DNA of 64,000 nt, taken from Yuukianura sp. NJ FZ-2021 (lineage: Eukaryota). The notes under the pieces were generated by a model that was not told the origin of the DNA, searched no databases, and was given only the letters and a program-made list of their open reading frames with translations. Location of the stretch: NCBI GenBank assembly GCA_046563655.1, contig CM102286.1:3844001-3908000 (forward strand), in the 5' to 3' direction. Position 1 is the stretch's first letter. Each line of letters opens with the position of its first letter. Shown here piece after piece: positions 13,501 to 26,926 of the stretch. Both the position numbers and the translations under genes were made by a program.

Positions 13501-14090
13501 CCTACGGAATCACTTCTTGGCGAATGTGTCCATGCACAGATCGTTTCAAAGTCTCAATCCGCATTGGTTCGGGGATGTGGTAAAAAACTTAGTCCCTGTG
13601 TCTCTTGCTTGAATGCGCAGCAGAAGTGTTATTATTAGAGTTAACAAGACTTGGCTTGACATTTAACGTGACTTTCGGTTTTTTTCACATCGCAGCAGAA
13701 GTGTTATTATTAGAGTTAACGAGACTTAACTTGACATTAGAAAAAAACAAAAAAAAAGTAGAAAAAAGGTAGAAAAAATTTTGGTTCGAGATTTTTTTTT
13801 AAAACAGGACTTACTGCCAAACCTCTTAAAGCAAAAGTATTTCGTTGCTATGGCAACTTTGATTTAACGGGACTTTCAGTTTTTTCTTATACGCGAGAAC
13901 ATACGGCATTGCAGTAGACTGGGCGCGAAGACGGATCGAGGCTTGCAAGTAGCTGTTCAGGTGACACAGGGCAGAGAGGGATGTGAATCTCTCTCGGTGA
14001 GTCCGGAGTGTGCCAGTTCGAGTGAACCGGGGCCGGAATCTCGAGCGTAGTCATTGACTAGTCCTCTGTCGTATGGATCTTCGTGTATAT
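10505..14090. repeat. Tandem array, ~590-bp unit x6, near-identical, with internal ~80-bp duplication and dimeric higher-order period
   Basis: Unit starts (aaaaaatctggagtttg) at ~10505, 11017, 11609, 12200, 12789 and 13380. Copy 1 lacks the internal gcagcagaagtgttattattagag... duplication. Copy 6 has an extra ~120-bp segment. Confidence 0.95.
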
Positions 14091-14979
14091 TTAACGCAAG
14101 GTGGATAAACAAAGAAATACTTTTTCTTTAACAGGTTAGGCAATAAATCGAGTTTTAAGGTTTTTCCGAAAAATTTTCAATCCTGAATTCAGCTAGTTTC
14201 AATCGCGATTGGTATGGTAAACGGAATGAAAAATTCGGAGAAATGGCATTTGAATTGGCAAATTCTAAGTAGAAAAAGAGTAAAAAGGACTTTTTTTTTG
14301 TTTTGTTAATTTTAGATTGAGGATGGTTTGAAATTTCTACCTCGTTAAAAAAAGAATGGGGTGCAAATGAGAGGGGAGTTCATGTCTCGCAACCCCGTTT
14401 AAACAGGCACCTCTCAACGAAAATTCATAATTTTTACTTCACAAAGGTGCATTTGGTGCAAAGGTGCAGCATTTATGGGGTTCAGATTTTCATTTTTGGC
14501 AAGGGAGAGTCCAGCAATCCCTAGAAACGTATGGAGTGGATCGCGATAGTCGTTACTCGTTAGCCTGTTTCCCAATTCCGCCTGTAATTGGATTTTGATT
14601 GTGCCTGTGTAAAATTTCAGAAAATAATTTGTTTGTAGAACTATCTAAATGTCCTCAAATGAGTTTTGGAAGTGGACTTAATGGAATTTTTCAATATTTC
14701 AAAATATTTGCCATGTACAAAAAAGGTTACCAAATGTACTAGGTGCAACAAATTGAATCCAGGGTATTGGTACTACAGAATTCAACAAATTTCAAAAACT
14801 TCATTGAGTTACTGCTATAAACCATATTGTCTGTTTGTTGGATGAAAATACTTTAATAAAAATATTATAGAAATTATATTTTTTTTTCTTGAAATGAGCT
14901 TTAAAATTATTCTTGTTCAAAAAGTTTTGAAGGTACTGGAAAATGGCGCACGGGGCACGGGTAAGACGTCCGCTTTTTG

Positions 14980-17900
14980 TCATGAGTAAATGGTCATCAA
15001 AATCAGCTGAAAACGTATAACAACATTTTTGATTTAGAAATTTTGTAATGAAATCACAATTTTAGCTTTGAAGGAAACGTGCACGTGCAACTAATTTCAA
15101 ATAATACCAAGAGCTTACTTCTTCCAGGGACAGTGGATTTGTAGTCGCTTTGGACTTCGTATCAAGTGCCCGGAACCTTTCTATAAACACGACAGAAATT
15201 TAGAAAAAATTTGGAGCAAAGATTGTTATTTTGAAAAACAATTTCAGAAATGAGCAACTTGCCATGCGCGAGATGAAGACGGAGCATAGAAATTAAGAAT
15301 GCCTCTGCAGTAAGGATTGCGTCTGGAGCAAAACGTAGAACGAGACACTCCAAAACTTTGTTCGAAACGCCAACACCAGATTCCCACAGCAAACTTCTGA
15401 GGTTGTAGCTGCTCGTTTTGGCATGGCGTCCGCCGCTCCGGTCCCATTTTGAAAATGCCGCTTTCCAAAACAAAAGCATGTTTAAAAGTGCAGGTAGATC
15501 CTTCATCACTAGTCTTCCGCTTATATTTGAATCCCGTAACATTATCAGAGTCTTGCATGTTTCCAGTGATGGTTTCGACCACATCCATGCTGGAGACAAA
15601 AAAACGCAATCAATTTAACACGAACTAGCAAAAGTTTCGAAAAAGATAAACCGTTAGTTTACTCTTCCAAGCATTCTTGAGAAGCTTTTTAAACTGAGCA
15701 GCATCAACTTCTGGCGGGAATCTGGCAGACCATCGCTGTATCAGTTGGCGGCACTCGGTCTGTCAAAATGAAAAAATTTTAATTTTATAATAAATTTTAT
15801 ATTATTTTTTAATTCATTTAAACACAATGTATTTGTTGGACTCACAGAGTTAAGACTAGTGTCGAAGTGTTCTATAGTAAAATTCCTGTAGAGCATGTTG
15901 TCGTCGTTGACTTCCCAAATTGTGCTTTGTTCGTCAGTTAAAATTCGAAGTAAAAAACGAGTTTCACAGTTTGGTGCTTTTGTTTGCGGGATGATGACGT
16001 ATTCTCCTGGCGGTAACGCAAAAAATGTTGCCACTTCACGCGACACGGAGTGCTGCGTCACGTCAAGAGGTTTCTGAAAAAAAAGTAAACGATTGTAAAC
16101 TTTTGTGCTTTTCTACGTACACTAACGGAATGTGTAGCGAACTTACGTTTTCAACAACAAATGCCGTTGAGAGTCTATTGGTACTTGGTCTGGCCTCGTA
16201 AATTGCAAATCCAATTGGATAGAACGTAGTTCTACTACTAGCCTTGGCATCTTTGGACAAAGTGTGAGTTGAGCTAGTGGCTGAAAACGGGCATGGACAA
16301 TATTGCTGAGTTACGGCCACTACCACGTGACATTTCGAACCCGTTCCTCTTGGAATTTGTACCACAAACTGCGGATTCATCGCAGTGGTTTCTGTTGAAA
16401 ATGGAAAAAAAATGTAAAACCGGTTTAGAAAAGAAATTAAACAACATTTTTTTTTGCTTTTCAAAAAAAAGTTGAATTTACCGGGAAAGTCAGGCCCACC
16501 GCCAGCGTTGTAGCCCTTTCTCCACCTTCGTTTGGCAAGCACTGCTCTCCATGGTTTGCGAGGTTGCAGACCAGATTCCAGGAGCCAGTCATCCGGACCC
16601 ACATGGACTAAATCCAAATGTGTAAAATTCCGTACGAAATCCACAAAGGATATCCTGAACAAAAGTCAAAAGTTTTTCCAAATACGAGTCACAGTTTTTA
16701 GAAAACTAAACAAGTTACAGAATTATTACTTACCAGAATTCACCATCAGAGCGCGTTCTGACTGATAGAACTTCTTTGTCTCTTTCTGGAAGCGATTCCC
16801 ATTCAATTGAATGTTCCGACCAACTTCCAATCCACTGTCCTCTTCCCCATGGACCACGCAGACGCACTAGCGGTGTTTCACCAATCGTCGCATTTCCAAT
16901 ACCGGCGTCACGCACGCGTGCGAGGCCTGTGACGTCATATGCTGAACGCGTAATCAAACCTTGTCTCAGTTTGACCACACGTCTATCACGCTCCTATGTA
17001 AAACAAAATCACACTTTTGTCAAAAATCTAAAACTTTCAAAAATACTGTTAATGAAATAGGTTTTAAAAATAAGTAATTACAGGGAGAATCGAAGCTACG
17101 ATGAGTGATGACCTCGGTACAGCAGAGTTGAGCACTTGATATGTGAGGTAACGATCTTGCGTTGCGAGTGCAAAGCTACAAAATCACTTTTTGTTCAATT
17201 TTCATGTTCAACATTTCAATTAGTATGTGTAAAGGCATGATGCTGTCTATACCTCTGTACAATTCCACCAGTCAAGTCTTGTAGAGCACGAGCACCAGTT
17301 CCATCAGTCAGGCGGTCATAACCTCCGTAGAATCTAAAACCGAAAATTTTAAAATTTTCATATCAAAATTCCTTTTTTGAATAAGATTTTTAAAGACTTT
17401 TAACTAAAGCTAAACTTTTTACTGAGCCTACTTCGCATATGCTTTCTCCAAGAGGCATGGCCAAAAGTCCACTAGAATTGATTCAGCCGGTTGCAGACCA
17501 ATCGGCCTGCCACGACAACTTGGCACACGATCATCCACGCAAACCTCCTTCCAAGTTCCAAATTGCCAAAACCAAAATCTAAACACGCCGCAATAGCCAT
17601 TTTCAAAACTTTGACCCGGTGGAATGACCCGTTCCAGCAGGCGTGGCATTGTAGTTAGCGTAGTTACGGCTAATAGAAGCCATCCATCCCCTTGAATTCC
17701 ACTTTCAATCGGAACTTTCCATGAATTTTCACCACTAAATCTTGGATGAGGCGTCAGTTCCTGATAATTCAAAAGAAAAACAAAGTAAGGATGGCATAAA
17801 TCAAACTCCTGACAGGCTCTTGGTCATTGATTAGTGAGTTATTTCTTCCTTCTTCCTCTGCCCCTATGCCTTCTTTTGTAAAAAAACAAAGTGTTAATTT

Positions 17901-20900
17901 GATTAAATGATAATTTGGAAAACTTGCTTCACAGGACAATTTAGGACTGATGATGAGCAGATGAAGATGAGTTTGCATTTGCGTAGACGTGGAAATTATA
18001 GTAAATTATAAGAGGTGAAAAGCCAATTCCAATTACTCATTTATTTGAACAAAAAAATCTGAATGGGATCTTTGTACTACTTTTCACTGCATGTGTGAAG
18101 ATTCATTATCATAAGTCAATTCTCTTAGGAATTAGTTCCTTTGCCCAAATATGATTTAGGATTATATACTTTTCTTTCATAAATCAAAGAGGTCAAAAGA
18201 AGGGAAATCTAATGGTCAGTTTATGAGGTCGCGTGGGTGAAAGGACGCGCAATTAATTTTAAAGTTTTGACAGAATTTTGTGTGCTTGCGCGTGTAAAAC
18301 TGGAAAACACGTACGTGTGGACGAAGCCAAGTAATTGGGTAAGAAGCCTTTTTGGATTTTGGTAACAGTTTGTAAGATGGAATGAAGTCGGGATCCTCCC
18401 AAAGTAACCCGCGATCCAAGCAGCGCTGTCGAATTTTTTGGTAAGAATTCCCGCTGGATGGAGTCGAACTGTTGCCACGATCTGCTGTCCAGTGTCTTCA
18501 AATTTAAAACAAAATTCATTCAAGCCGAATGCAATTTACGTCCTTGAATTTTGCTAGGTATATTTTGCGGCAACTGAAGCAGACAAAATACTTTCTTGAC
18601 TGGAAATTAAACTTTTGCTATATTGGGTTAAGTGATTTTTAAAAAATTGCTTTTTAACGTTCAGCATTGTATTACTTGAGTAAAACACCGTTGTGTGAAA
18701 CCAAGGATCAAATTGCAAAACCACCCTGCCTTGTTCACAATGTGTAACCACATGAAGATGATGATATTGAATGAGATGTTACCTGGATAAAGTGGAAAGA
18801 TGCTCTTCGGGCCGACTAGTGTGGCCATTCGTCCACTGCCTTCCCGGTGGACCATGTCCATCTAAAAGTATAAAACAACATCACTTTTGTAACCAAAAAG
18901 GAAACAGAACTTCCATAAAGTACACGTATTTGCGAATAAAAATTTCCAGCCAGGTAGAGTTGCCAAAAATATAAAAGTGCGGAACTTTCTCTGAAAATTT
19001 TTTTGTGGTTCAAACAATTTGCAACATTGTAAAACAGAATTTTAGACACGTTTGAGCCAACTTTTTAGTCAATGCGTTTCAGTTTTCCGCTGTCAGCAAA
19101 TTTTCGAAATGGCAAACAGGAAGAAAAGGGACTGTTTAGGCACTAAAGAAAAACGACATTAAAAAGGATTCACACGATTATTAATATAATTCGGAGTGTA
19201 ACGCGAAAAAAAAAGTAAAAAGTGAAAAAAGGGGTCGAACTTTTTTCTTGACATGATTTTGCTCTTTATCAACTACAAGTGTATTATTACAGTCAGTAAT
19301 AAATTCCGTGTTAATTATTTGTTTCTGCAGTGATGAAATAAGTGGAAGCTTTAAACAGTTAGCGGTTCGTTCACCTCTGCTGAGAAATGAATGACCAATT
19401 TCCCGTAAGTCTCACACTCGGGATGAGTCCTTAGACTGTCTAAAATCAACAAATGTTCTCACCACAACAATTTATCCAAGACATGACACTGTACAATGGA
19501 CACGACCAAAACGTGTACCCAACGGTGCAATTTAAGCATGAAACAGCAAAGTTAGCCAAGATCAACAACTCCCCTAAAACACCCCAAAACTCTACGCTGA
19601 GGAATGTCTTTTCAAAACACTCAAAAATTTCATTTTATCAAAAGATTTAAAAACTGATTCAAAGAAATGGCCGCCGCACATGCGCCGTCTGGGATCGTCG
19701 AAATTTCAGAAAAAGATTAACAAAATAATCCGCCATCTCGTCAAACGTTGGACGTGTACCCTTGGGATTTAGTTCAACAAAGGGCTGCTATTTGCGCAAA
19801 AGCTTTGCAAAGTCGTGATTAAGATCTGCAAGACAATGGCATTTTTTTCTCTAAACCTGTCGCGACTGCGCAATAAAATTCCTGCTGTGCCTAATCAAAC
19901 AATGCCATGCGCAATATGAGCCTACAAATTGATAAACTGATTCAATCAAGTCACGACTTTAGGTCAATCAGAAGGAAAACCATCATCGCCAATGCCTAAA
20001 AGGTTGCTACTCTGTCAGTTGTCAATTTATAGCAAATAACATTGTAACAATAGCTGAAATTGTAGATGGATGGGTGGGTGGTGCTTCTTTTAAGTCTAGT
20101 CTTTTTAGAGTTATGTCAAACGGGAATGATACCTCTATTTTCTTAAATTCTGAAAATTCTGTCTACAAAATACGCACTCTCGACACCGCTATAATTTTGT
20201 GCTTGAAGAAATCCTTTGAAGACGAAAAAGATTTTAAGTCTGAGCGATGAAAGTAGGCGATAGGCACGCCAGACTGCTTTTTGCAAATCTTTTTCAGATT
20301 TACCAACCCTTTGGTACAAATTTTTAAACTGTAAAGCTTTAAAATTTAAAAATGATTTTAAAATTTCAAGGAGGCTGTCATTTGCTAGTCGTAATCGTGT
20401 AAATTTTAAATAAAAATTTGACACTTTCCGACTAAAGTTGGGCGGTAGTACATAAACACCAAACGTAGAAATGTACAAGGCCTTTGTATTATTGTTCCGG
20501 TTCTGTAAAATAGGCTTTTGTAAAATGAACATTTTTTTTGCAAGTTTTAGCATGACTTGCTTCAACAGTCTTGTACAGTTGAGTTCCTCCATTGCAATGG
20601 CGCAGTAATAATTAAAATGGCTCTCCTTCCCTCTCTTTTTGCTTCATTTCCGTGTTTTTTTTCTCCTTTTAACAATTTAATACTGTTACACAATAAGTCT
20701 CTTTTTAAATCCAAGTTAGTGCGAAAAATCTCCTTCTGCTGTTAGTAGTAGAATGAAAACCAAAAACCCAAGAAGGCCAATTTAGTTTCCGCACTTTTTA
20801 CACGTTTAAATTATTCGTACGGAACCGAGAAACAGAGTTTTGCTAAAATCATTCCAAGAAAAAGTAGTGTACCGTTATTCGTGCTCTTACAAACATTAAA

Positions 20901-21404
20901 ATGGCATTGCAAGAAAGCACTGTAGTATTAGACTAATATGCAAATGAAAAATTAAAATTTTCAGGCGTGGCATGTCACTTATGAAAATCAAAAATTTCGC
21001 TTTTTTTCTTAAACATGATTTAGATGGGTGGCCCATTCATATTCTCGAGTTCATAAAAAACTGTAATTTCATAAAGTTCATAAAAAAATAGACTTGATCA
21101 ATTTTAAAAATTTTAAGCACAATTTCTAAAAATTTTAAGTATTCAAACGAACCCTCGCCAAGGTTTTTGGGAAACATGTTCAATTACACATTTGAAACAA
21201 TTCTAAAAGTATAAAATTCTGAAATTTCGAAAACAATGTTGTAGAATCCCGGACAACATTTTTTGAAAATCACACTCAAGTTAGCTAGTGGCTTAAATTA
21301 TAATTAATTATTTTCAGCTTCGAAAATCGTTTTGATCATTTTTTGTAAATGAAAATAAGCTTACTCGGTGCACTGCCGTTCCGAACAGGTCCGTTGTGCC
21401 TCAT
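14980..21404 (-). CDS. CalpC: Calpain-C-like catalytically inactive calpain (CysPc, C2-like domain III, degenerate penta-EF)
   Basis: Multi-exon: YQKIRQRCLDRGLLWEDPDF, FWFWQFGTWKEVCVDDRVP, FWPCLLEKAYAK, DGEFW, YNAGGGPDFPETTAMNPQF, ending LILMTIYS* (TGA 14982-14980). The start MRHNGPVRNGSAP at 21404, spliced to exon 18861-18783, is inferred from reading-frame phase. Confidence 0.9.
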
Positions 21405-22334
21405 CGCCTCCAGTAATCCTCCGTACGATAGCTTCTACTTTGAACCATTCTTATTTTTTAAGAGTCAAGGTAATTCGCAAAGTAATTGTAGCACGAACTC
21501 AGCCTGAGCAACTGTAATTAATTGTGCAAAATTCTGTAGCCTAGTCCAAGTCCTTTTTCTGGCATCTTCTTCCATACCAGAGTCCATTTTGCAAATTGCA
21601 GATTCATAATTTGCAAAACCGTAGAGTGAGGGAAGGCGAGGGTAAATGGAATATAATTAGTCAGACGTCTTCTCGTTAAATTTCATATTGTCAAAGAGGT
21701 TATTGGTTGTTTCTTTGGTAGAAGATGAATTGCCGCCTGTTGCCGAAAGACCACTGACAGACTCATAAATAATAATAAGTTCCAAATCACTGTAACTAAA
21801 AACACCGTTAGTGTGTAGCACGAAGAACAGAAATAATTATCACACGGTTTGTTTAATAAAACAAAAGTCATCCGTAAATCACCAACAACTTGTAGTACCT
21901 TAAGCAGTAGCTCATCAACAGCAGCAAACACTTTTGCGTATCTCCAAAATGCAAGATCCAAAAATGGAATTGCCAAAATATTTGCTAAGCTTTCCAAAGA
22001 CGACACGACGTGCGAAATTTGTCATTCCATTTGCCTCTTCCCGTTGACATTTATGGCTAGCATTTCAAAATTTTATAAACAAAGAACTTTCCTTAAATGA
22101 TGCTTCAACTGCATATGCTTAGAATCAAAACTTTACATCACTGTCACTCAAACGTGAACTTTGACCTGTATCAATGCCTACTTCTCAAGCTAACTACCGT
22201 TTGCCAATAATTGTCTAGAGGAAATGTATAAAGCTGACGATAGACGAAACTTCCTTGATGAACACATTAAGATCAAACTAAGTGCCTTACAAATTCTAAA
22301 GATAAGTTCAAAACTTTTAACAAAGTTTCGTTCG

Positions 22335-22387
22335 CCGGAAGATCACTTCCGGTTATTCCAGGGCACTTCCTTCCGGTTTTACTCCGG
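22335..22387. promoter_or_regulatory. Cluster of ETS-like CCGGAAG/CTTCCGG motifs, possible CalpC promoter element
   Basis: Three CCGGAAG-type sites and one near-match within ~55 bp, upstream of the CalpC start on the minus strand. Confidence 0.3.
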
Positions 22388-22808
22388 TTCACAGATGACA
22401 CTTTCTCTAACACAACTTCTGTCTAGTTTAAAAAAAATTCTCAACAAAAAATTCAATTGTGTAGACCGCAATACAAAAAATAGAGTAATGATTAACAATG
22501 TTTATGATTACAATCGATTTGAACTAACACTTAACCCCATGCGGTTCTTCTCGATTCAAACTCAAAACTACACTGACTCGGAAGAGCAGTTTGAATTGTA
22601 TTGTTATGTTAAGACATGGGATATACAGGGGGTAGAAAGAGAGGGGGTGAGAAAATTGAATTCAACACTCTCAAAAAACTACCCCAAAGAACTCCTCATT
22701 TGATCTTTTTTCAACTTTTCTGTAAAAAAAAAAAAAATCCCAAATCTACAAATTATGAAAAAATTTTTATTTTACTTTAATTAGCTGACATTAACTTTGA
22801 TAAAAATT

Positions 22809-25800
22809 TCAAATTTTGTCTTCTGCAAGATCCTCTGGAGCCATAAATGATTTCCTTGAAGAGTGAAATGATTTGAACGAGCGTAGTGCTTTTACGGCAG
22901 GTTCTTGCAGTACAAGTGACACACGTTTGCCAGTGTCAGACAGCCATTTTGCTTTTCCAATTGGCTTCCGAGGAATCTCTGACGCAGTCGGTCCTAAATT
23001 TTGATTTTGGTATTGCGGCGCAGCTACGACAATTTGCGGACGAGTTTCTCCTATTGTTGTCGTAGGATGATACACTACTTGATGCTGATTTAGCGTTAGT
23101 GGAAACGGATAGTCTTCTGGATGCAGTTGATGCGTACTGTTGTACCGCAGGGGATGGATCATGTAGTACAATGGCCAAATTAGTAACGGAAGAATTTCAC
23201 CGCTGACCCAGAGCAGCTTAAAGCGAAGTTTGGCGTCGAATTCATCTGGATTTTTGTGATCCTAAAATGAAAATTTAGTTTTAACATTACGCTATAAGGA
23301 TTAGGATATGTCTGTAGAATTAGTTGAATTCAAAGTACCTTAATGCGTCGCTTGTACAACACAATTAGGTAGGCTAGCAAAGCCTTGAGCGGTTGAAAAA
23401 TAAAGATGGATTCACCCAACGCCCACAGCAGAGAGCAAACCCAGTTGAGACTTTTGTGCCAACTGAATCTGTAGCCATAGTAGATCAACACAATTGCTAA
23501 GCCGAAGATTAGTGACAGACACAATGTCCAGGAAATCCAAAGGAACCAATATGGCAAACAGTGATGTCGTTCCAGCACATGCTCAATGTTACAAAGTTCG
23601 AGCTTAATCGGAATCAGATTTTGTTCGGCCGCCGAAGTACTGGTGGACGACAAAGTAGTTTTCAGAACTTGAAGTTGAGTTTCAGAACCAACGGGAATTC
23701 CAGAGTCTCCAATTCTAAAAAAATTTAAACATTCGCGGTTTTTTTTTTCAAAAAAAAGCAGTAAAGTAGAAAAAACCTTTCTCCTTCCAGAAGTGGACTT
23801 TCGTCGACTTGGTCTGAAAAATTAGGCACTTCGTCGTGAAACGACACACGCCGTTGATCGCTAGGTGGCGCAGGGTGTAACAACTTTGTCTTCAAATGTG
23901 CCAATTTTTCGCGCCGATTTTTTTGAAAAATCACAACAGGTTCTGGAATGGGATCCGCAAGTACTTCAGTAATTACGCTGAGATTGGCAGTTTCCTCAGA
24001 CTGCCGAACGTTAAGGTGACTCTGTCGATTCAACCTTTTCAAAACGTGAGATCTGCGTCGCCTGCCATCGTGGTAGTGGTGTACAAATTTGTCTGGATAA
24101 GGTCTCTTTTCCCAGATTGTATTGACTAGAGGTTCTGGATCAACTGGAATGTGGTAAATCCAGTCGTCTGTAGTTAGTGCATCAGTGGAAGGAATTCGGA
24201 ATGGTTCGGAATCCGGATTTACAGCTTCGGTTTTCCCGAATTCAATAGGCTCCGTTTGTAACTGAACGTTTCTTTTTGTGTTTGGTCCTTCACCGCTGTC
24301 CCAAACAATCAAGGCGGGAATTCGTTGACGTCGAATGAATCTATAAATTGAAATTTGTATAGAAAAAATGCAAAAAATTGGTTTGTTTTCATTTTCATCT
24401 GATAATTTTTTTTTTACCGAAAACTGATTGCTAGAACATAACCAATCAGGATTCCAATCAGACCAGTTTTTGTACCAATTGAGAACATAGGATAGTAATC
24501 ATCGTCAATCAGTTCACGATTGTGCCTTTTCATCTCTGAAATTCAATTAATTTAGTACAAATTGATCAATCGATAATTTTTTTTCTGAGTTTTAGTCTAC
24601 CATGGTCGTTCTCGTCTTCATTAATTCCATAAAAAAGCATTGTGACAATCATGTAACAGAAGAAGAGGGCGCTGGCGGTAGCTTCAAAAAATTGCAACAA
24701 GAGTTGAAAAAAGTTAAACCGAATTTGTGTTTTTTTCTTTCAAAACCAATTACTGATTCTTTCTGCGTGTGTGTGAAGTGAATTCGGTGGCGCTGTAAAT
24801 ATTTGCAACCACAAGTGATGTTCGCGAACTTGACGCCAATATTCCGTCCAGCTGCATCTTGTTGCGTAGAATGCCGCTACTTCGGCATGTGTCGCCACTG
24901 GTATTTCAAATGCCGAATGCCCTGGTCTGAATGATAGCCATTTGCAGACAAAGAAGTACCAGATTTGTTCTGTTTTGATGTCGCGGAGCATGATGTTTCG
25001 ACAGTACCTGAGAAAAAGTATTGCATATATAATTTTTTTTTCTGTATGTTTTTGAGAAATTCCAAAACGTTATACCAGAACGGCCGGAATGTGCAGCAAG
25101 AATGTCTCGCAGCTTCAGGATCCAGCCAAATCTGGACGCTCAGAATATTGCCAAGCGGCCTCGGAGTACTGATGAGAAAGTCAACCTCATCATTCTGTTG
25201 CAGGCACTCCAACAAGTAATTGTTCAACACCAATACCTACACAAATTTGTGAAAAAAATATACAAAAAGTTGTTATTTTGAAAGTAATTTTGTTTAAATA
25301 TTCAGCTTGGTTACTTCAGTTCTATCCAAATCTCCAGTGATGATGCAATAAACTCGAACGTTTGTTCCGGCAAATGGGTCATATCCAGTTTCAATTGTCA
25401 GCAAATAGAAAGTGTCCAAGGTCAGACGCTGGAGGTCACCCATGAGAATAAGCCGAGGTCGCTTTCTGCTAATATAGTCGCTGACCAGAGCAACGAATAG
25501 AAAGATCAAGTATGCCAGCAAGCAGCAAATCACGATAAGAGGAATCAAAATGTTTTCGGGCGGGAATCCGTCATCGACTTGGCGAATGACCAAGGCGCGA
25601 GGTTCCAGCTTTGTGTCTTTGAAATTTTTGCATGAATACTTTTCTGGCCCGACTTTGTTACAAGTCTGATTCGACAAGCATGGGTAACATTTTGGTCCTG
25701 GCTTGAGGTTGTCCACGCATTCGTCAATATCTATCAAGCATCTGCAGAGATAAGTTCGTCTTTTTAGGAAATTACTACAACTATAAAATAATTTGTATGA

Positions 25801-26237
25801 AAACCGATTAAAATTTGCAGCGTTTGGCCTTACAAGTCTTCTTCCTCGCAATGCTCCCCTTTAAATGGGATTTGACACATGCATTCATATTCGTCGTCAC
25901 CCCGTGCGACACAAGTACTTCCATGTTGACATACATTTGTCACGCACTGATCAATCCTTTGAAACATTTTTTTAAAACAAGTCATGAAAAAAAGTGCATT
26001 TCTTAGAACGTGTCTAAAATCTTACAGATCGGTACAGTTTGGACCCAGGAATTCACGAGGGCAGTCACAAGCAAACGTTCCATCAGAAACTGGGATACAG
26101 AGACCGCCATGGAGGCAGGGTTCACTGTCACAAACATTCCCACCAGTTGTCGCCACTTGAGCAAAAGTAACGTAGTCATAAAGAAACACATAGATTACAT
26201 AGATTTTGAGTACTAATTGAAAAGAAACCGTGTCCAT
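22809..26237 (-). CDS. Polycystin-1-like (PKD1L/LOV-1-like) membrane protein: EGF repeats, TM1, PLAT, further TM helices; no channel domain
   Basis: Hydrophobic N-terminus; EGF CDSEPCLHGGLCIPVSDGTFACDCPREFLGPNC; DIDEC; TM LIPLIVICCLLAYLIFLFVALV; PLAT YLLTIETGYDPFAGTNVRVYCIITG...FLISTPRPLGNILSVQIWLD...WYFFVCKWLS; EHHLWLQIF; LPYWFLWISWTLC...YYG...ESIFIFQPLKALL. These are PKD1-family signatures. Confidence 0.8.
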
Positions 26238-26926
26238 TATGAGCAGCAGTAGAAATTATATTCCGTAGCGGATTTTGTACAATGAAATTTAAAACATTGT
26301 TTAGAAAGTCGTTTGAGGAAACAAATATCAAAAGAGAAAGTTGCCATATCAAACTCTCCTAAATCAGGCAAAAGCGTAACATGGATTATGATAATAAGAC
26401 CCATAGACTAGACTGTTTACTATAATTGGAAGTTAATTACAAATTAGACATTTCGGTTGATTAAAGTTATTGTAAAGATCTTTCAAATGCGTACAACTCT
26501 ATAATAAATGTTGGATTTAAAAAAAAGTTGGATTTAATAAGAACTATTGGCTCCGAAAATGTTCTGCAGTGAAAGTACGTGAGATTTGTTAGAAATAAAA
26601 ATTAACTTGGAAAGCGGGATCGATCTCTACCAATACCAAATTTTCTCACAATTCACAATTTTATTTTGTTCTGTTTATCAATTATCAGTGATCAGTCTAA
26701 TCCTAAATGATCAGTTATTTCATAATTTTATCTACTTTGTGATATTTAATTCCGCAAATTCGTGTACCTAAATTAGATGAATCTGAAAATCAGGTCGGAA
26801 GATCGATCCCTAACTCCTAACTGTGTTAGTTGTTAAATGTGGACAACGAATTACTATTTAGTTGAGAAATTTCTTCTAGCGTAGTTTGTATTGTTTAGTG
26901 ACGACGTAATTTTTGTTACTACAAAA

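Noticed and set aside
10505..14090. Repeated small ORFs (MTTLEIPAP..., ...TKPSLYHHLG...) and a possible rRNA/snRNA/ribozyme or Helitron-end array
   Set aside because: No recognisable protein, 5S, U snRNA or hammerhead core by eye. The CTAGT lacks a clear upstream GC hairpin, and indels between copies break the frames.
21849..22703. ORFs with CxxC (TCEICHSIC) and a 159-aa ORF
   Set aside because: No complete RING or zinc-finger pattern and no splice support; likely UTR or intergenic sequence.
26617..26810. 11-bp inverted repeat gggatcgatct/agatcgatccc between the divergent PKD-like and AREL1-like genes
   Set aside because: Too short and no TSD; it could be an old MITE but cannot be supported.
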